A stretch of 41,577 bases of DNA. Origin: Bacillota bacterium (GTDB lineage: Bacteria; Bacillota; Clostridia; Acetivibrionales; JAFADI01). Positions 27,490 to 36,036 of the stretch are shown piece by piece. Location: NCBI GenBank assembly GCA_023424965.1, contig JAFADI010000267.1, forward strand, positions 1-41,577, read 5' to 3'. Each line of letters begins with the position of its first letter. Position 1 is the stretch's first letter. The notes under the pieces were generated by a model. It ran no database searches, was not told the DNA's origin, and was given only the letters and a program-made list of their open reading frames with translations. A program made the translations under genes and the position numbers.

Positions 27490-27843
27490 ATGGAGGATAA
27501 CGCGGCAGGCTGTGAAAATTGCAGTATTTATGAAGCAAGTGAAGCAAATACGGGCGGATGCTATGATAGAACAACCAGTCGATCGCAGAAAACGAAGGCT
27601 TCGCTTCTGGTAAGACTTAGCCGCATTGAGGGGCAGGTCAGGGGCATTAAAGGAATGATTGAAAAAGATTGCTATTGTGATGATGTGCTGAATCAGATTA
27701 TTGCAGTGCAATCGGCAATGGATTCCGTAGGAATGCTATTAATGGAAAACCATATGAGGGGCTGTATTGTAAATCGTATACAAGCGGGAGAAATGGAAGT
27801 TGTGGATGAGCTTCTTTTAACCATTGGGAAATTATTAAAATAA
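27490..27843 (+). CDS. csoR: CsoR/RcnR-family metal-sensing transcriptional repressor (DUF156) with Cys-rich N-terminal extension
   Basis: LLVRLSRIEGQVRGIKGMIEKDCYCDDVLNQIIAVQSAMDSV has the conserved RxEGQ...C...H/C pattern. RBS GGAGGG 11 nt before ATG 27490. Confidence 0.8.
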   Translation: MEDNAAGCENCSIYEASEANTGGCYDRTTSRSQKTKASLLVRLSRIEGQVRGIKGMIEKDCYCDDVLNQIIAVQSAMDSVGMLLMENHMRGCIVNRIQAGEMEVVDELLLTIGKLLK

Positions 27844-27861
27844 GTATTTGGAGGGATTTGT

Positions 27862-28548
27862 ATGAAATTTAATAAGTTATTGGCAGCATTACTCTTAGGG
27901 GCAGCAGTATTTTCATTTTCCGGCTGTCAGGCGACAGACGTAGTAGCAAAAGTATCGGTCACTTCTTTTGACGAATTGGTTAAGGCAATGCCCGATCAAG
28001 TTATATATGATAATAAAAACGGGGGATGGGCCATCAGCGGCCCTGACAGTGAGGAAAGGTTAATTTTAAGCAAGGACTTCAGCAGTAATTATCCGGACAT
28101 GGTTTTAGAATTCAACGCAGAACCATTTTTGAAAGCGGGATTGGAGGTTGGAAAACTTCCGAAGGACCAATATCTCTATGATGAAACAACAGATAAAATA
28201 GCCATGCCTTTTGAATATGGACAGGATAAGTTTGGGGCAGTTACGGAAAAATCAGCAATTGATACATTCAAACAGATTGTCAGAACGCATAGGAATATAA
28301 TCAGCTACCATGAGGAAGGAGACCACTATAAGATCGATCTGGGCAAAGGCAATTTATTTGCCTGGGCGAAGGATTTAAACAGCAATAAAATGGATCTGCT
28401 GTTCATTCTGAATCCCAAACCGTTTATCGATGCAGGAGTAGATACGGGCAAAATCAAGGAATGGGTGTTTACAAAGTTACCGGTGACGGATAAGGAGGGG
28501 AAACCCGCAAAAGTTGATATACTTGTGAAAAGTTTCATGCTGAAATAG
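27862..28548 (+). CDS. Lipoprotein of unknown function with an internal tandem duplication
   Basis: Signal peptide + lipobox FSGC; two similar segments (LEFNAEPFLKAGLEVGKLPKDQY / FILNPKPFIDAGVDTGKIKEWVF). RBS GGAGGG. Confidence 0.75.
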   Translation: MKFNKLLAALLLGAAVFSFSGCQATDVVAKVSVTSFDELVKAMPDQVIYDNKNGGWAISGPDSEERLILSKDFSSNYPDMVLEFNAEPFLKAGLEVGKLPKDQYLYDETTDKIAMPFEYGQDKFGAVTEKSAIDTFKQIVRTHRNIISYHEEGDHYKIDLGKGNLFAWAKDLNSNKMDLLFILNPKPFIDAGVDTGKIKEWVFTKLPVTDKEGKPAKVDILVKSFMLK

Positions 28549-28618
28549 CGATGATCGGATAGCCGTGGAGCAAATGCTCCAGGGCTTCCCCGGATATGAG
28601 TGGAATGAGGTGTTTTAT

Positions 28619-29983
28619 ATGCAAGAACCCGGAAGCAAAAAAATACTGCGGATTGAAGGTATGGTGTGCGCAAGTTGTGAATCAAGGCTGGAGAGTGCCT
28701 TTAAGGAAATGGACGGTGTTTCGGAGGTGAAAGCAAGCCTTGCCGATGCTACGCTTGAAGTCACATACGATGCCGTAAAAACAACCCTGTCCGATATCAT
28801 CAAGACTGTAGAAGGAACGGGATATAACGCATTTGAAGCTCGCTGCACCCCGGAGTGTAAAAAGGGCCTGGATGAAAAAGCAAGGATGCAGACTCTAAAG
28901 CAGTTTATAGGTGCCGGTATCGTATTATGCGCTTTGTATCTGGTTATTTCAAAGACCATGGACTATAATTTCATGCCCAATATCGATCAGTCCATGGGAT
29001 ATGGCATATTGTTTGTTGTGGGCCTGTTTACATCAATTCACTGCATAGCAATGTGCGGTGGGATAAACCTTTCGCAATGTATGGTTTATACGCACTCCGA
29101 TGAAGGCAGATATGCCCGGCTAAAGCCGGGTCTTTTATACAATGCGGGCAGGATGATTTCCTACTCTGCCATTGGGGGTATTGTGGGTGCGCTTGGATCC
29201 GTATTGAGCTTTACGGGCATGATGCGGGGCATTGTAGCTGCTTTTGCCGGCATATTCATGATGATCATGGGCTTGAACCTGCTGGACATTTTTCCGTGGT
29301 TGAAAAAAATTAATCCAAGGCTGCCAAAAAGGTTCAGAAATGAAAGGCTTAACGGGAAAGGTCATTACGGACCTTTTTATGTAGGACTACTCAATGGACT
29401 TATGCCATGTGGCCCGCTCCAGGCCATGCAGCTTTATGCGTTAGGCACGGGGAATGCCTTAATGGGAGCAATATCCATGTTCATGTTCAGCGCAGGAACG
29501 GTACCGTTGATGTTCGGGTTCAGTGTTTTAAGTTTAACCATGAGCGGAAAATTCAACAGGACACTCATGAAAGTCAGCGCGCTTCTGGTTGTTATTTTAG
29601 GGATTATTATGCTGGGAAGAGGCTTAAGTCTTTCCGGGATCGCAATGCCTGAGTTTGGCAATTCGGGACCGGAGATGGTACAGTACGCGGAGGTGGCAGG
29701 AAATGTACAAATGGTTTCTATTGATGTCAAGGCGAAAAAATATGCGCCCATTGTGGTTCAGAAGGGCATACCCGTCCATTTTATAATAAATGCCAAACCC
29801 TCGGATTTAAATTCATGCAACGGTATTATCGCCATACCAAAGTATGATATAGAGAAAACACTTCAGCCGGGAGAAAACGTAATTGAATTTGTTCCACAGG
29901 AAATTGGAGATATTCCATACTCCTGCAAAATGGGCATGATAAAAAGCAAAATCAGGGTAGTGGATGATGTTGAAAAGCGGTGA
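28619..29983 (+). CDS. Heavy-metal-associated (HMA) domain membrane protein with DsbD_2/CcdA-like TM core and C-terminal cupredoxin-like domain
   Basis: HMA motif GMVCASCESRLE; TM motifs HCIAMCGG and MPCGPLQAM; C-terminal beta-rich domain with SCKMGM. RBS GAGGTG 7 nt before ATG 28619. Confidence 0.8.
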   Translation: MQEPGSKKILRIEGMVCASCESRLESAFKEMDGVSEVKASLADATLEVTYDAVKTTLSDIIKTVEGTGYNAFEARCTPECKKGLDEKARMQTLKQFIGAGIVLCALYLVISKTMDYNFMPNIDQSMGYGILFVVGLFTSIHCIAMCGGINLSQCMVYTHSDEGRYARLKPGLLYNAGRMISYSAIGGIVGALGSVLSFTGMMRGIVAAFAGIFMMIMGLNLLDIFPWLKKINPRLPKRFRNERLNGKGHYGPFYVGLLNGLMPCGPLQAMQLYALGTGNALMGAISMFMFSAGTVPLMFGFSVLSLTMSGKFNRTLMKVSALLVVILGIIMLGRGLSLSGIAMPEFGNSGPEMVQYAEVAGNVQMVSIDVKAKKYAPIVVQKGIPVHFIINAKPSDLNSCNGIIAIPKYDIEKTLQPGENVIEFVPQEIGDIPYSCKMGMIKSKIRVVDDVEKR

Positions 29984-30055
29984 GCATGGAGTGGTTAAAG
30001 TGATTTGCGTATTTTCATACAGCTGAGACGTAGGAATAATCATTCCAAAATCCTA

Positions 30056-30084
30056 TTGACAATTCTATTTATTGCCATTAAAAT
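30056..30084 (+). promoter_or_regulatory. Sigma-A-like promoter TTGACA-17-TAAAAT for the ECF-S/aminotransferase operon
   Basis: Hexamers and 17-nt spacing read directly. Confidence 0.5.
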
Positions 30085-30094
30085 ACTTCTAATT

Positions 30095-30126
30095 TATCGA
30101 TACACTATCAAAACGTATCGATACAC
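30095..30126. promoter_or_regulatory. Two operator-like palindromes (TTATCGATACAC and perfect 10-bp GTATCGATAC), centres 21 bp apart, in the 5' leader between promoter and RBS
   Basis: Read directly; two-helical-turn spacing suggests a dimeric repressor site. Confidence 0.4.
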
Positions 30127-30153
30127 ATTTGGAATGACTGAAGGAGTATTGCA

Positions 30154-30711
30154 ATGGAAAGTCAATCGGTTTCGCTTCAACGCTTCAAAATTCAAATGAA
30201 TACAAAAGACATGGTTGTCACAGGACTGCTGACGGCGCTGGTCTTTATAGCCACGAGATTTATCAACCTGAGGCTTCCCATCTCTGTTAACGGTGGGTTG
30301 ATTCACTTTGGGAATGTGGCTTTGTTCCTGTCCGCTATCGTATTTGGAAAAAGGAAGGGCGCAGTTGCCGGAGCTTTTGGAATGGGAGTGTTCGACGTTC
30401 TGTCAGGATGGCTTGTGTGGGCGCCCTTTACCTTTGTGATCCGGGGTGTGATGGGCTACATCATCGGAGCAATTTCGAATGCAAACGGGAAAAACGGGAA
30501 CAGTACATTTTACAATGGAATTTCGGTGCTGGCCGGAAGCCTCTGGATGATTACCGGATATTATCTGGCGGAAGTGATGCTATATGGAAACTGGCTTTCG
30601 CCTCTCACATCGGTGCCCGGCAACATAGCTCAAATAATACTGGGGCTGGCTGTGGGACTGCCCATGGCAGCCATGCTGAAAAGAAGCAAAGCCATCAGCA
30701 GCAGAATATAA
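30154..30711 (+). CDS. ECF-transporter substrate-specific (S) component, substrate unknown
   Basis: ~185-aa 5-6 TM protein with the typical S-component pattern (LTALVFIATRFINLRLP..., GLIHFGNVALFLSAIVFG). RBS AAGGAG 7 nt before the ATG. Confidence 0.7.
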   Translation: MESQSVSLQRFKIQMNTKDMVVTGLLTALVFIATRFINLRLPISVNGGLIHFGNVALFLSAIVFGKRKGAVAGAFGMGVFDVLSGWLVWAPFTFVIRGVMGYIIGAISNANGKNGNSTFYNGISVLAGSLWMITGYYLAEVMLYGNWLSPLTSVPGNIAQIILGLAVGLPMAAMLKRSKAISSRI

Positions 30712-31854
30712 ATGAAGAAAGGTATATCGAAGATGAAGAACGCCTTGATCATGACACCCGGTCCCACCTGCATCCATGAGTCTGTCAGAAGGGCGATGTC
30801 CGCCGAGATCACAAACCCCGATCTGGATGAAGGTTTCTATGAATTCTACAAAGATACGTGCAGTAAGCTCAAAGAAATTATGAAGACCCAAAATGATGTG
30901 CTGATTTTGTCAGGAGAGGGAATCCTGGGGCTCGAAGCGGCATGCGCTTCACTGATTGAGCCCGGCGACCGGATCTTGTGCATTGACAATGGGATCTTTG
31001 GGAATGGTTTCGGCGATTTTGCAAAAATGTATGGCGGTGAAGTGGTCTATTTTAAATCCGATTATAGGAAAGCCGTTGATGCTGAAGATTTAGAGGAGTT
31101 TTTAAAAGAGAACGGCAGCTTCAAAATCGCTACGCTGGTTCACTGCGAGACTCCCTCCGGTATAACAAATCCGGTAAAAGACATTTGCCCCATTTTAAAA
31201 AAATATGGGATCCTTTCCGTTGTGGATTCGGTGTCTGCAATCGGAGGCGAACCGCTGGAAACGGATCATTGGGGGATGGACATTGTTCTGGGAGGATCGC
31301 AGAAGTGCCTGTCCGCCCCTCCGGGTCTGACCTTTTTGAGCATCAGCCCCAAAGCCTGGGATTTAATTCTCAATAGACACACACCCATCACGGGCTTTTA
31401 CTGCAACCTTTCCCATTGGAAACACTGGTATGAGGAGAAATGGTTTCCTTACACCCAGCCCGTAAGCGATATATGTGGTCTTAGCGCGGCTGCCGGCAGA
31501 CTTCTGGAGGAGGGGGGAGCCGTTTCAAGACATGAAAGAATGGCTGAAGCCGTCAGGGAGGCCCTCACAAAATCCGGCCTGGAGCTGTACCCGTTGAATG
31601 GCTTTGCAAATACGGTAACCACTGTTTGTATTCCGGAAGGAATCAGCTTCAGGGACATCTACGAAGGGATGCTGAAGTCCCACCATATAATGATTGCAGG
31701 GGCTTTTGGCTTTCTGAAAGACAAGGTTTTCCGAATCGGCCATATGGGGGAGAACTGCCGTGAGGAAAAGCTTTATTTGACGCTGAAAGCGTTAAATGAT
31801 GTGTTGAAGGCGCTTGGTGTAAACTTAAGCGGAAAGCTGCATGCGAACTTTTAA
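30712..31854 (+). CDS. Class V pyridoxal-phosphate aminotransferase (serine-pyruvate/alanine-glyoxylate/AEP-pyruvate type)
   Basis: MTPGPT start, ...VDSVSAIGG... and PLP-lysine context GGSQKCLSAPPG. ATG abuts the upstream stop; ATG 30733 is an alternative start. Confidence 0.85.
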   Translation: MKKGISKMKNALIMTPGPTCIHESVRRAMSAEITNPDLDEGFYEFYKDTCSKLKEIMKTQNDVLILSGEGILGLEAACASLIEPGDRILCIDNGIFGNGFGDFAKMYGGEVVYFKSDYRKAVDAEDLEEFLKENGSFKIATLVHCETPSGITNPVKDICPILKKYGILSVVDSVSAIGGEPLETDHWGMDIVLGGSQKCLSAPPGLTFLSISPKAWDLILNRHTPITGFYCNLSHWKHWYEEKWFPYTQPVSDICGLSAAAGRLLEEGGAVSRHERMAEAVREALTKSGLELYPLNGFANTVTTVCIPEGISFRDIYEGMLKSHHIMIAGAFGFLKDKVFRIGHMGENCREEKLYLTLKALNDVLKALGVNLSGKLHANF

Positions 31855-32000
31855 AGGGGGCAGGAGTTTGTGACAGGGGACGGTTCCTTGACACGCTGGA
31901 CTGACTGCTGGTGGATTGTTGAGAGGCGTCCTCTTTCATCTAAACAATAACAAGTAATCTGTGGGGTCACTAATCAAGGTTTTGGGTCTTGATAACGATC

Positions 32001-32164
32001 CCTATTTTTGTTTTCTTTTTTTAGGATATGGTCTTATCTTTAAATCTTCAATTTTAGGTTCTGCTTCTCCTGTTTCCAGTCTGGAAAATTTTCTTTGTGT
32101 CGTATTAAAAATTTTTGCAAGTGCTTCCTGCGTTAGCCTAGGTTCTATTTCTTCCCGTAGTCAT
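32001..32164 (-). pseudogene. Frameshifted XRE-family (Cro/C1-type) HTH regulator remnant
   Basis: Minus strand: ATG at 32164 gives MTTGRNRT*; the -1 frame continues ...EEIEPRLTQEALAKIFNTTQRKFSRLETGEAEPKIEDLKI..., a canonical XRE helix-turn-helix, with no in-frame start. Confidence 0.45.
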
Positions 32165-32277
32165 TTTAGACGATTGTCGTCTAAAAATCAATAGACGATG
32201 ATCGCCTGAGGTATGATAGCAATGGGTGATCATATGGAGCGGTATGAAATTATTCGGGGACGATGAGGTGAAGCAGG

Positions 32278-32451
32278 ATGGAAAATAAAATTTGTAAGAA
32301 TTGCAGGCATTTCAGACAACATTATATTAAGTTCGGGAGAAGCTACCGGGAAATCACGTATGGGCATTGTGTGTATCCAAGGTTAAAAAAGAGAGAATCC
32401 GACACTTTGGCATGCCAACACTATAAAGAACGCCACAGGGAGTCTCCATAA
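32278..32451 (+). CDS. Unannotated 57-aa basic Cys/His-rich protein MENKICKNCRHFRQHYIKFGRSYREITYGHCVYPRLKKRESDTLACQHYKERHRESP (putative zinc ribbon)
   Basis: ORF below the 60-aa track cutoff; GAGGTG RBS 7 nt before the ATG; CxxC ... HC ... C spacing. Confidence 0.45.
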   Translation: MENKICKNCRHFRQHYIKFGRSYREITYGHCVYPRLKKRESDTLACQHYKERHRESP

Positions 32452-32622
32452 AGCCCTCCGCTGGAATCAACGCCGTCATCAGCCAATGGATGTTCTTGAC
32501 CTACTCGCTTCCACAGCGGTGTTCTTTGTGTATGGTCGGAGAAAAACAGGTAAAGAAGAAAGTAAAATGCATCGATGGATAGGGTATCTGCCGGTGTCTT
32601 TTAGTCAAATTTTTGTTCAATA

Positions 32623-32691
32623 TCAAAATTTTGAGGATAAATTATAATGCGAAGTTCATTTTAACAAATTCAAGTTCCGAGCATTTATATT
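32623..32691 (+). repeat. Boundary-repeat family copy B: TCAAAATT..N..TATAATGCGAAGTTC-N14-AAGTTCCGAGCATTTATATT
   Basis: Aligned to copies A and C. Sits between the degraded XRE/Cys-ORF region and the 3' end of the TetR gene. Confidence 0.6.
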
Positions 32692-32756
32692 TTGTACAGC
32701 AAAAGAGTCCGATTAAATAATTTTAGTCGCAAATTGCTGGAAGAAAACAGATATGA

Positions 32757-33356
32757 TCAATTGCTTATAACAATCTGGTTGTACAAATCGATACCCTTTT
32801 CGGTTAGGTTAAAATACAGGATACTCCAGACGATATTTAAAAGTTCATCATGTTGTTCAGTCGCATCCGATGAAATTTGTTGTATCCATGACATCATCAA
32901 CAACACGATTCCATTTGCCAAATATTTTCGTAGTTTTTCATTTGGAGATACCCTGAATATTTCTTTCTTTTCAAAGTTTTCAATGATTTGGCTAAAGTGC
33001 ATAATAAGCATTTTTCTTACCTTTGATTGAAACTCCGATATTTCATGATAGTTTTTTCGCAATTCAATCATATTACTGAAATAGAAATAGTATTTCTTTT
33101 GAAATAGTAGCATCGTTTCCAACTGCTCATTAAAATCCATTATACTAACATCAGATTTTAAATCTAAAGATTTAAAATCTTCATATTGAAGTTCAACAAC
33201 AGCGCGGATCAAATCGGACTTTTTTTTATAGTGATAGGTAATATTCCCTACGCTCTTATTGGTTGCATCGGCAATATCGCGCATAGAGACCGCGACATAC
33301 CCATTTTGGTTAAACAATTCAATTGCTTTTTGCAAAATTATCTTTTTAGTCGTCAT
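32757..33356 (-). CDS. TetR/AcrR-family transcriptional repressor
   Basis: N-terminal HTH ILQKAIELFNQNGYVAVSMRDIADATNKSVGNITYHY; RBS GGAGAAA before ATG 33356 (track ORF is N-terminally over-extended). Confidence 0.85.
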   Translation of the reverse strand: MTTKKIILQKAIELFNQNGYVAVSMRDIADATNKSVGNITYHYKKKSDLIRAVVELQYEDFKSLDLKSDVSIMDFNEQLETMLLFQKKYYFYFSNMIELRKNYHEISEFQSKVRKMLIMHFSQIIENFEKKEIFRVSPNEKLRKYLANGIVLLMMSWIQQISSDATEQHDELLNIVWSILYFNLTEKGIDLYNQIVISN

Positions 33357-33409
33357 GATATTTCTCCAAAAATAAATTTTCCATATAGAGCATATCACAC
33401 TTGATTATT

Positions 33410-33457
33410 TAGTACAAGTGTACTAAAATAAAAATACAAACTAGTACGAACGTACTA
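33410..33457. promoter_or_regulatory. Two perfect 16-bp palindromic operators TAGTACAAGTGTACTA (33410-33425) and TAGTACGAACGTACTA (33442-33457) in the TetR/hydrolase divergent promoter region
   Basis: Perfect inverted repeats read directly. The second abuts the TATAAT -10 of the hydrolase operon. Confidence 0.6.
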
Positions 33458-33482
33458 ATTATAATCTGAGGAGGTCACGATA

Positions 33483-34550
33483 ATGAAACCGGATCAACAG
33501 GAAATTAATGCAACAATTCGGACCCTTCCCATTGACAGGGCTATTCCAAATGGTCTTGACGTAAATGATTTTGTTGTACTCATGCAGGAATTTGAAAAGG
33601 GAGGTGACTACGCTGATATTTGTGAAAATTTAGGTGACAATTGGCGGGCATTGGCTGATAAGGCTATAAAGCAGGAACATTTCATGACTGGAAGAACTTT
33701 TTACCTTAATGCAGTTGCAGCATACAGAGTCGGACAATACACGATTATTCCGGATAATGACAAAAAACTGGGCATGTATAGAAAGCTGATTGACTGTTAT
33801 CGTGAGGCTGCAAAGCTGTACAATCCGCAAATTGAAAGAATTGAAGTGCCTTACAAGGGTGGCAGGATGGTCGGGTGGTTAAGAATGCCTCCGAATACGG
33901 AGGGAAAAGTTCCGGTAGTCATTTCTATCGGCGGTGCTGACGGATGGCGCGAAGAACATCACAACTACAGCAGCTATTATGCAGAAAGAGGACTCGCGTA
34001 TCTTATGATAGACGGGCCGGGTCAGGGTGAAACAAGGCTGTTTAACAAGATGTATATGGAACTGAATAACGAAGAAGCTTTGAATGAAATTGTTGAATAT
34101 GTATCAATGGATAACAGATTTAGTAAAATAGGTATGATCGGATACAGTTTTGGGGGGTATTTGGTTGCAAGGACAGCAGCCGTCAGTAAGAAACTGGATG
34201 CTTGTGTCATCAATGGAGGATCCTATACTCCAAAAGAGATAATTAGTTTTATTCCTCATTTCAGCAGGGTCTTTTCCGCGCTGTCAAACAAGAAAGATAA
34301 TGAATTGGAGGAGTTCATTGACAATATGACGATGGAAGGGCATGCACAAAATATTACTTGTTCACTTTTAGTAAACCATGGGATACCTGATCCCTTGTTC
34401 AGAGCTGAAGGAGTTGAAAGAATATACAAGGAAGCCGGATCAACTGATAAAATATTAAAACTCTGGAAAGACGGCAATCATTGTGTCACAAACCATGCAA
34501 CCGAAACAATAACCCTGGTTACGGATTTCTTTATGGATAGATTGAAATAG
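33483..34550 (+). CDS. Alpha/beta hydrolase (FrsA/DHPON-hydrolase-like family), paralog 1
   Basis: IDGPGQGE motif, nucleophile elbow GYSFGG; RBS GAGGAGG. Confidence 0.8.
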   Translation: MKPDQQEINATIRTLPIDRAIPNGLDVNDFVVLMQEFEKGGDYADICENLGDNWRALADKAIKQEHFMTGRTFYLNAVAAYRVGQYTIIPDNDKKLGMYRKLIDCYREAAKLYNPQIERIEVPYKGGRMVGWLRMPPNTEGKVPVVISIGGADGWREEHHNYSSYYAERGLAYLMIDGPGQGETRLFNKMYMELNNEEALNEIVEYVSMDNRFSKIGMIGYSFGGYLVARTAAVSKKLDACVINGGSYTPKEIISFIPHFSRVFSALSNKKDNELEEFIDNMTMEGHAQNITCSLLVNHGIPDPLFRAEGVERIYKEAGSTDKILKLWKDGNHCVTNHATETITLVTDFFMDRLK

Positions 34551-34582
34551 TATGTGTATATCTGACTTGTGGAGGGAGATCA

Positions 34583-35698
34583 ATGGTTAATTTAACTTTA
34601 AAAGAGAAATTTGCGTTTAAGTTTATTTTTAATGAGGGAAGAGTCTATCACAGGTGGTATGGAAGATTCTTATCTTTCGGAATAGATTATGGGAGATTAA
34701 GGAGGGTGGTAGCAAGAGTGCCAAATTGGCTGCAATGGTGTAATCAATGGACCAAAGAAGGAGATGGACTTTTTGAGAAGGCTGAAAAAGCATTAAACGA
34801 AGGAAATAAATTAAAAGCGCGGGCGTTATTCCATGAAGCTGTGGGCTGTTATCATACCGGGCAGCATGTGTTTTTTATTGACAGCAGTCAAAAGGAAGAA
34901 ACCCAGGGAAAAGCGAGAATAAGCTATCAAAGAGCAATAAGCCTTTACGATGAAAAGGAAAGACCCATACGAATTGAAGTTCCGTTTCATGGTGTGAAAA
35001 TTCCGGGATATTTGAGGCTTTCCACTGTGTCCAACAGCCCCCTTATTATATTTGTAAACGGGATGGATAATATTAAAGAGGCTGAGGGTAATTCCCAGGG
35101 AACTTTATTTAAACAGAATGGTTTTAACTATTTTACGTTTGATGGACCGGGTCAGGGCGAAATGTGGAAGGATATGAAATTCGATGTGAAGGAATATCAT
35201 AAGGCAGTATCCACAATTATTGACTGGTTTGAACAACATCAGACATACGGAATTGATATGGAGAGAATCGGCCTTACAGGTTTTAGTCTGGGTGGATATC
35301 TGGCCCCGATGTGTGCAGCACATGACAAGCGGGTAAAATGTGTGGTTGGAAATAGTGGGCTTGTATTTATAGGTGGATTAAATGGGTTAAAGAAGCTTAA
35401 CCCGTTATGGCAGCGTGGGGCCACATATATGACCGGATGTGAGACGCTTGAACAGGCTGTTGATCAATTTGATTGGGATATTGAACAGGAGCCAAGCTTA
35501 AAGGTGCCTTTACTATTCTATCATGCAGGGAGAGATGAGGTTATGCCTGCGCCCAAACTGCATGCGGACAAGGTAATGAGATGGGCAAAGGGAGAAAAGA
35601 CGCTGAAATATTATGAGCAAGCAGAACACTGTACTCAGGATTATCTGGATGAGGTGTTTCCGGAAATTATTGATTGGTTTAAGAAAAAACTCATATGA
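34583..35698 (+). CDS. Alpha/beta hydrolase (same family), paralog 2
   Basis: FDGPGQGE and GFSLGG; shares global architecture with 33483-34550; RBS GGAGGGA. Confidence 0.8.
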   Translation: MVNLTLKEKFAFKFIFNEGRVYHRWYGRFLSFGIDYGRLRRVVARVPNWLQWCNQWTKEGDGLFEKAEKALNEGNKLKARALFHEAVGCYHTGQHVFFIDSSQKEETQGKARISYQRAISLYDEKERPIRIEVPFHGVKIPGYLRLSTVSNSPLIIFVNGMDNIKEAEGNSQGTLFKQNGFNYFTFDGPGQGEMWKDMKFDVKEYHKAVSTIIDWFEQHQTYGIDMERIGLTGFSLGGYLAPMCAAHDKRVKCVVGNSGLVFIGGLNGLKKLNPLWQRGATYMTGCETLEQAVDQFDWDIEQEPSLKVPLLFYHAGRDEVMPAPKLHADKVMRWAKGEKTLKYYEQAEHCTQDYLDEVFPEIIDWFKKKLI

Positions 35699-36036
35699 TT
35701 TCGCATGAATTGAAGAATGCATAAAAAAGCGATATGTTTATTTGTGATATTTCAATATTAATCCTGATTATGAAGGTAGAAAAATGCCCAATCCAAATGT
35801 ATTGGTTGAACTCGGTTATGCAGCAAAAACAATAGGATGGGAAAAATAACATGTACCTCAATATAATTTCGATATCGAAAATGAAAAACAAAGTGTTGCA
35901 AATGGATTAGCTGAAGCAATTAAACTAATGTATAGGAGGGGCCTTCTATTTAATCCATTAAAAGATTATATGAAAGGAAAAATTGATTATTGTATATTAG
36001 GTATCCTAAAACAAATTTACTGCATGCACGAACCAT

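Noticed and set aside
29984-30153. Riboswitch (for example preQ1, TPP or FMN) upstream of the ECF S-component
   Set aside because: The leader after the promoter is only ~70 nt and shows none of the conserved riboswitch cores. The two palindromes fit a protein operator better.
31961-33030. ORFs 31961-32194 (+) and 32692-33030 (+)
   Set aside because: The first lies antisense to the XRE remnant with a low-complexity translation. The second is antisense to the 3' half of the TetR gene. Neither has an RBS.
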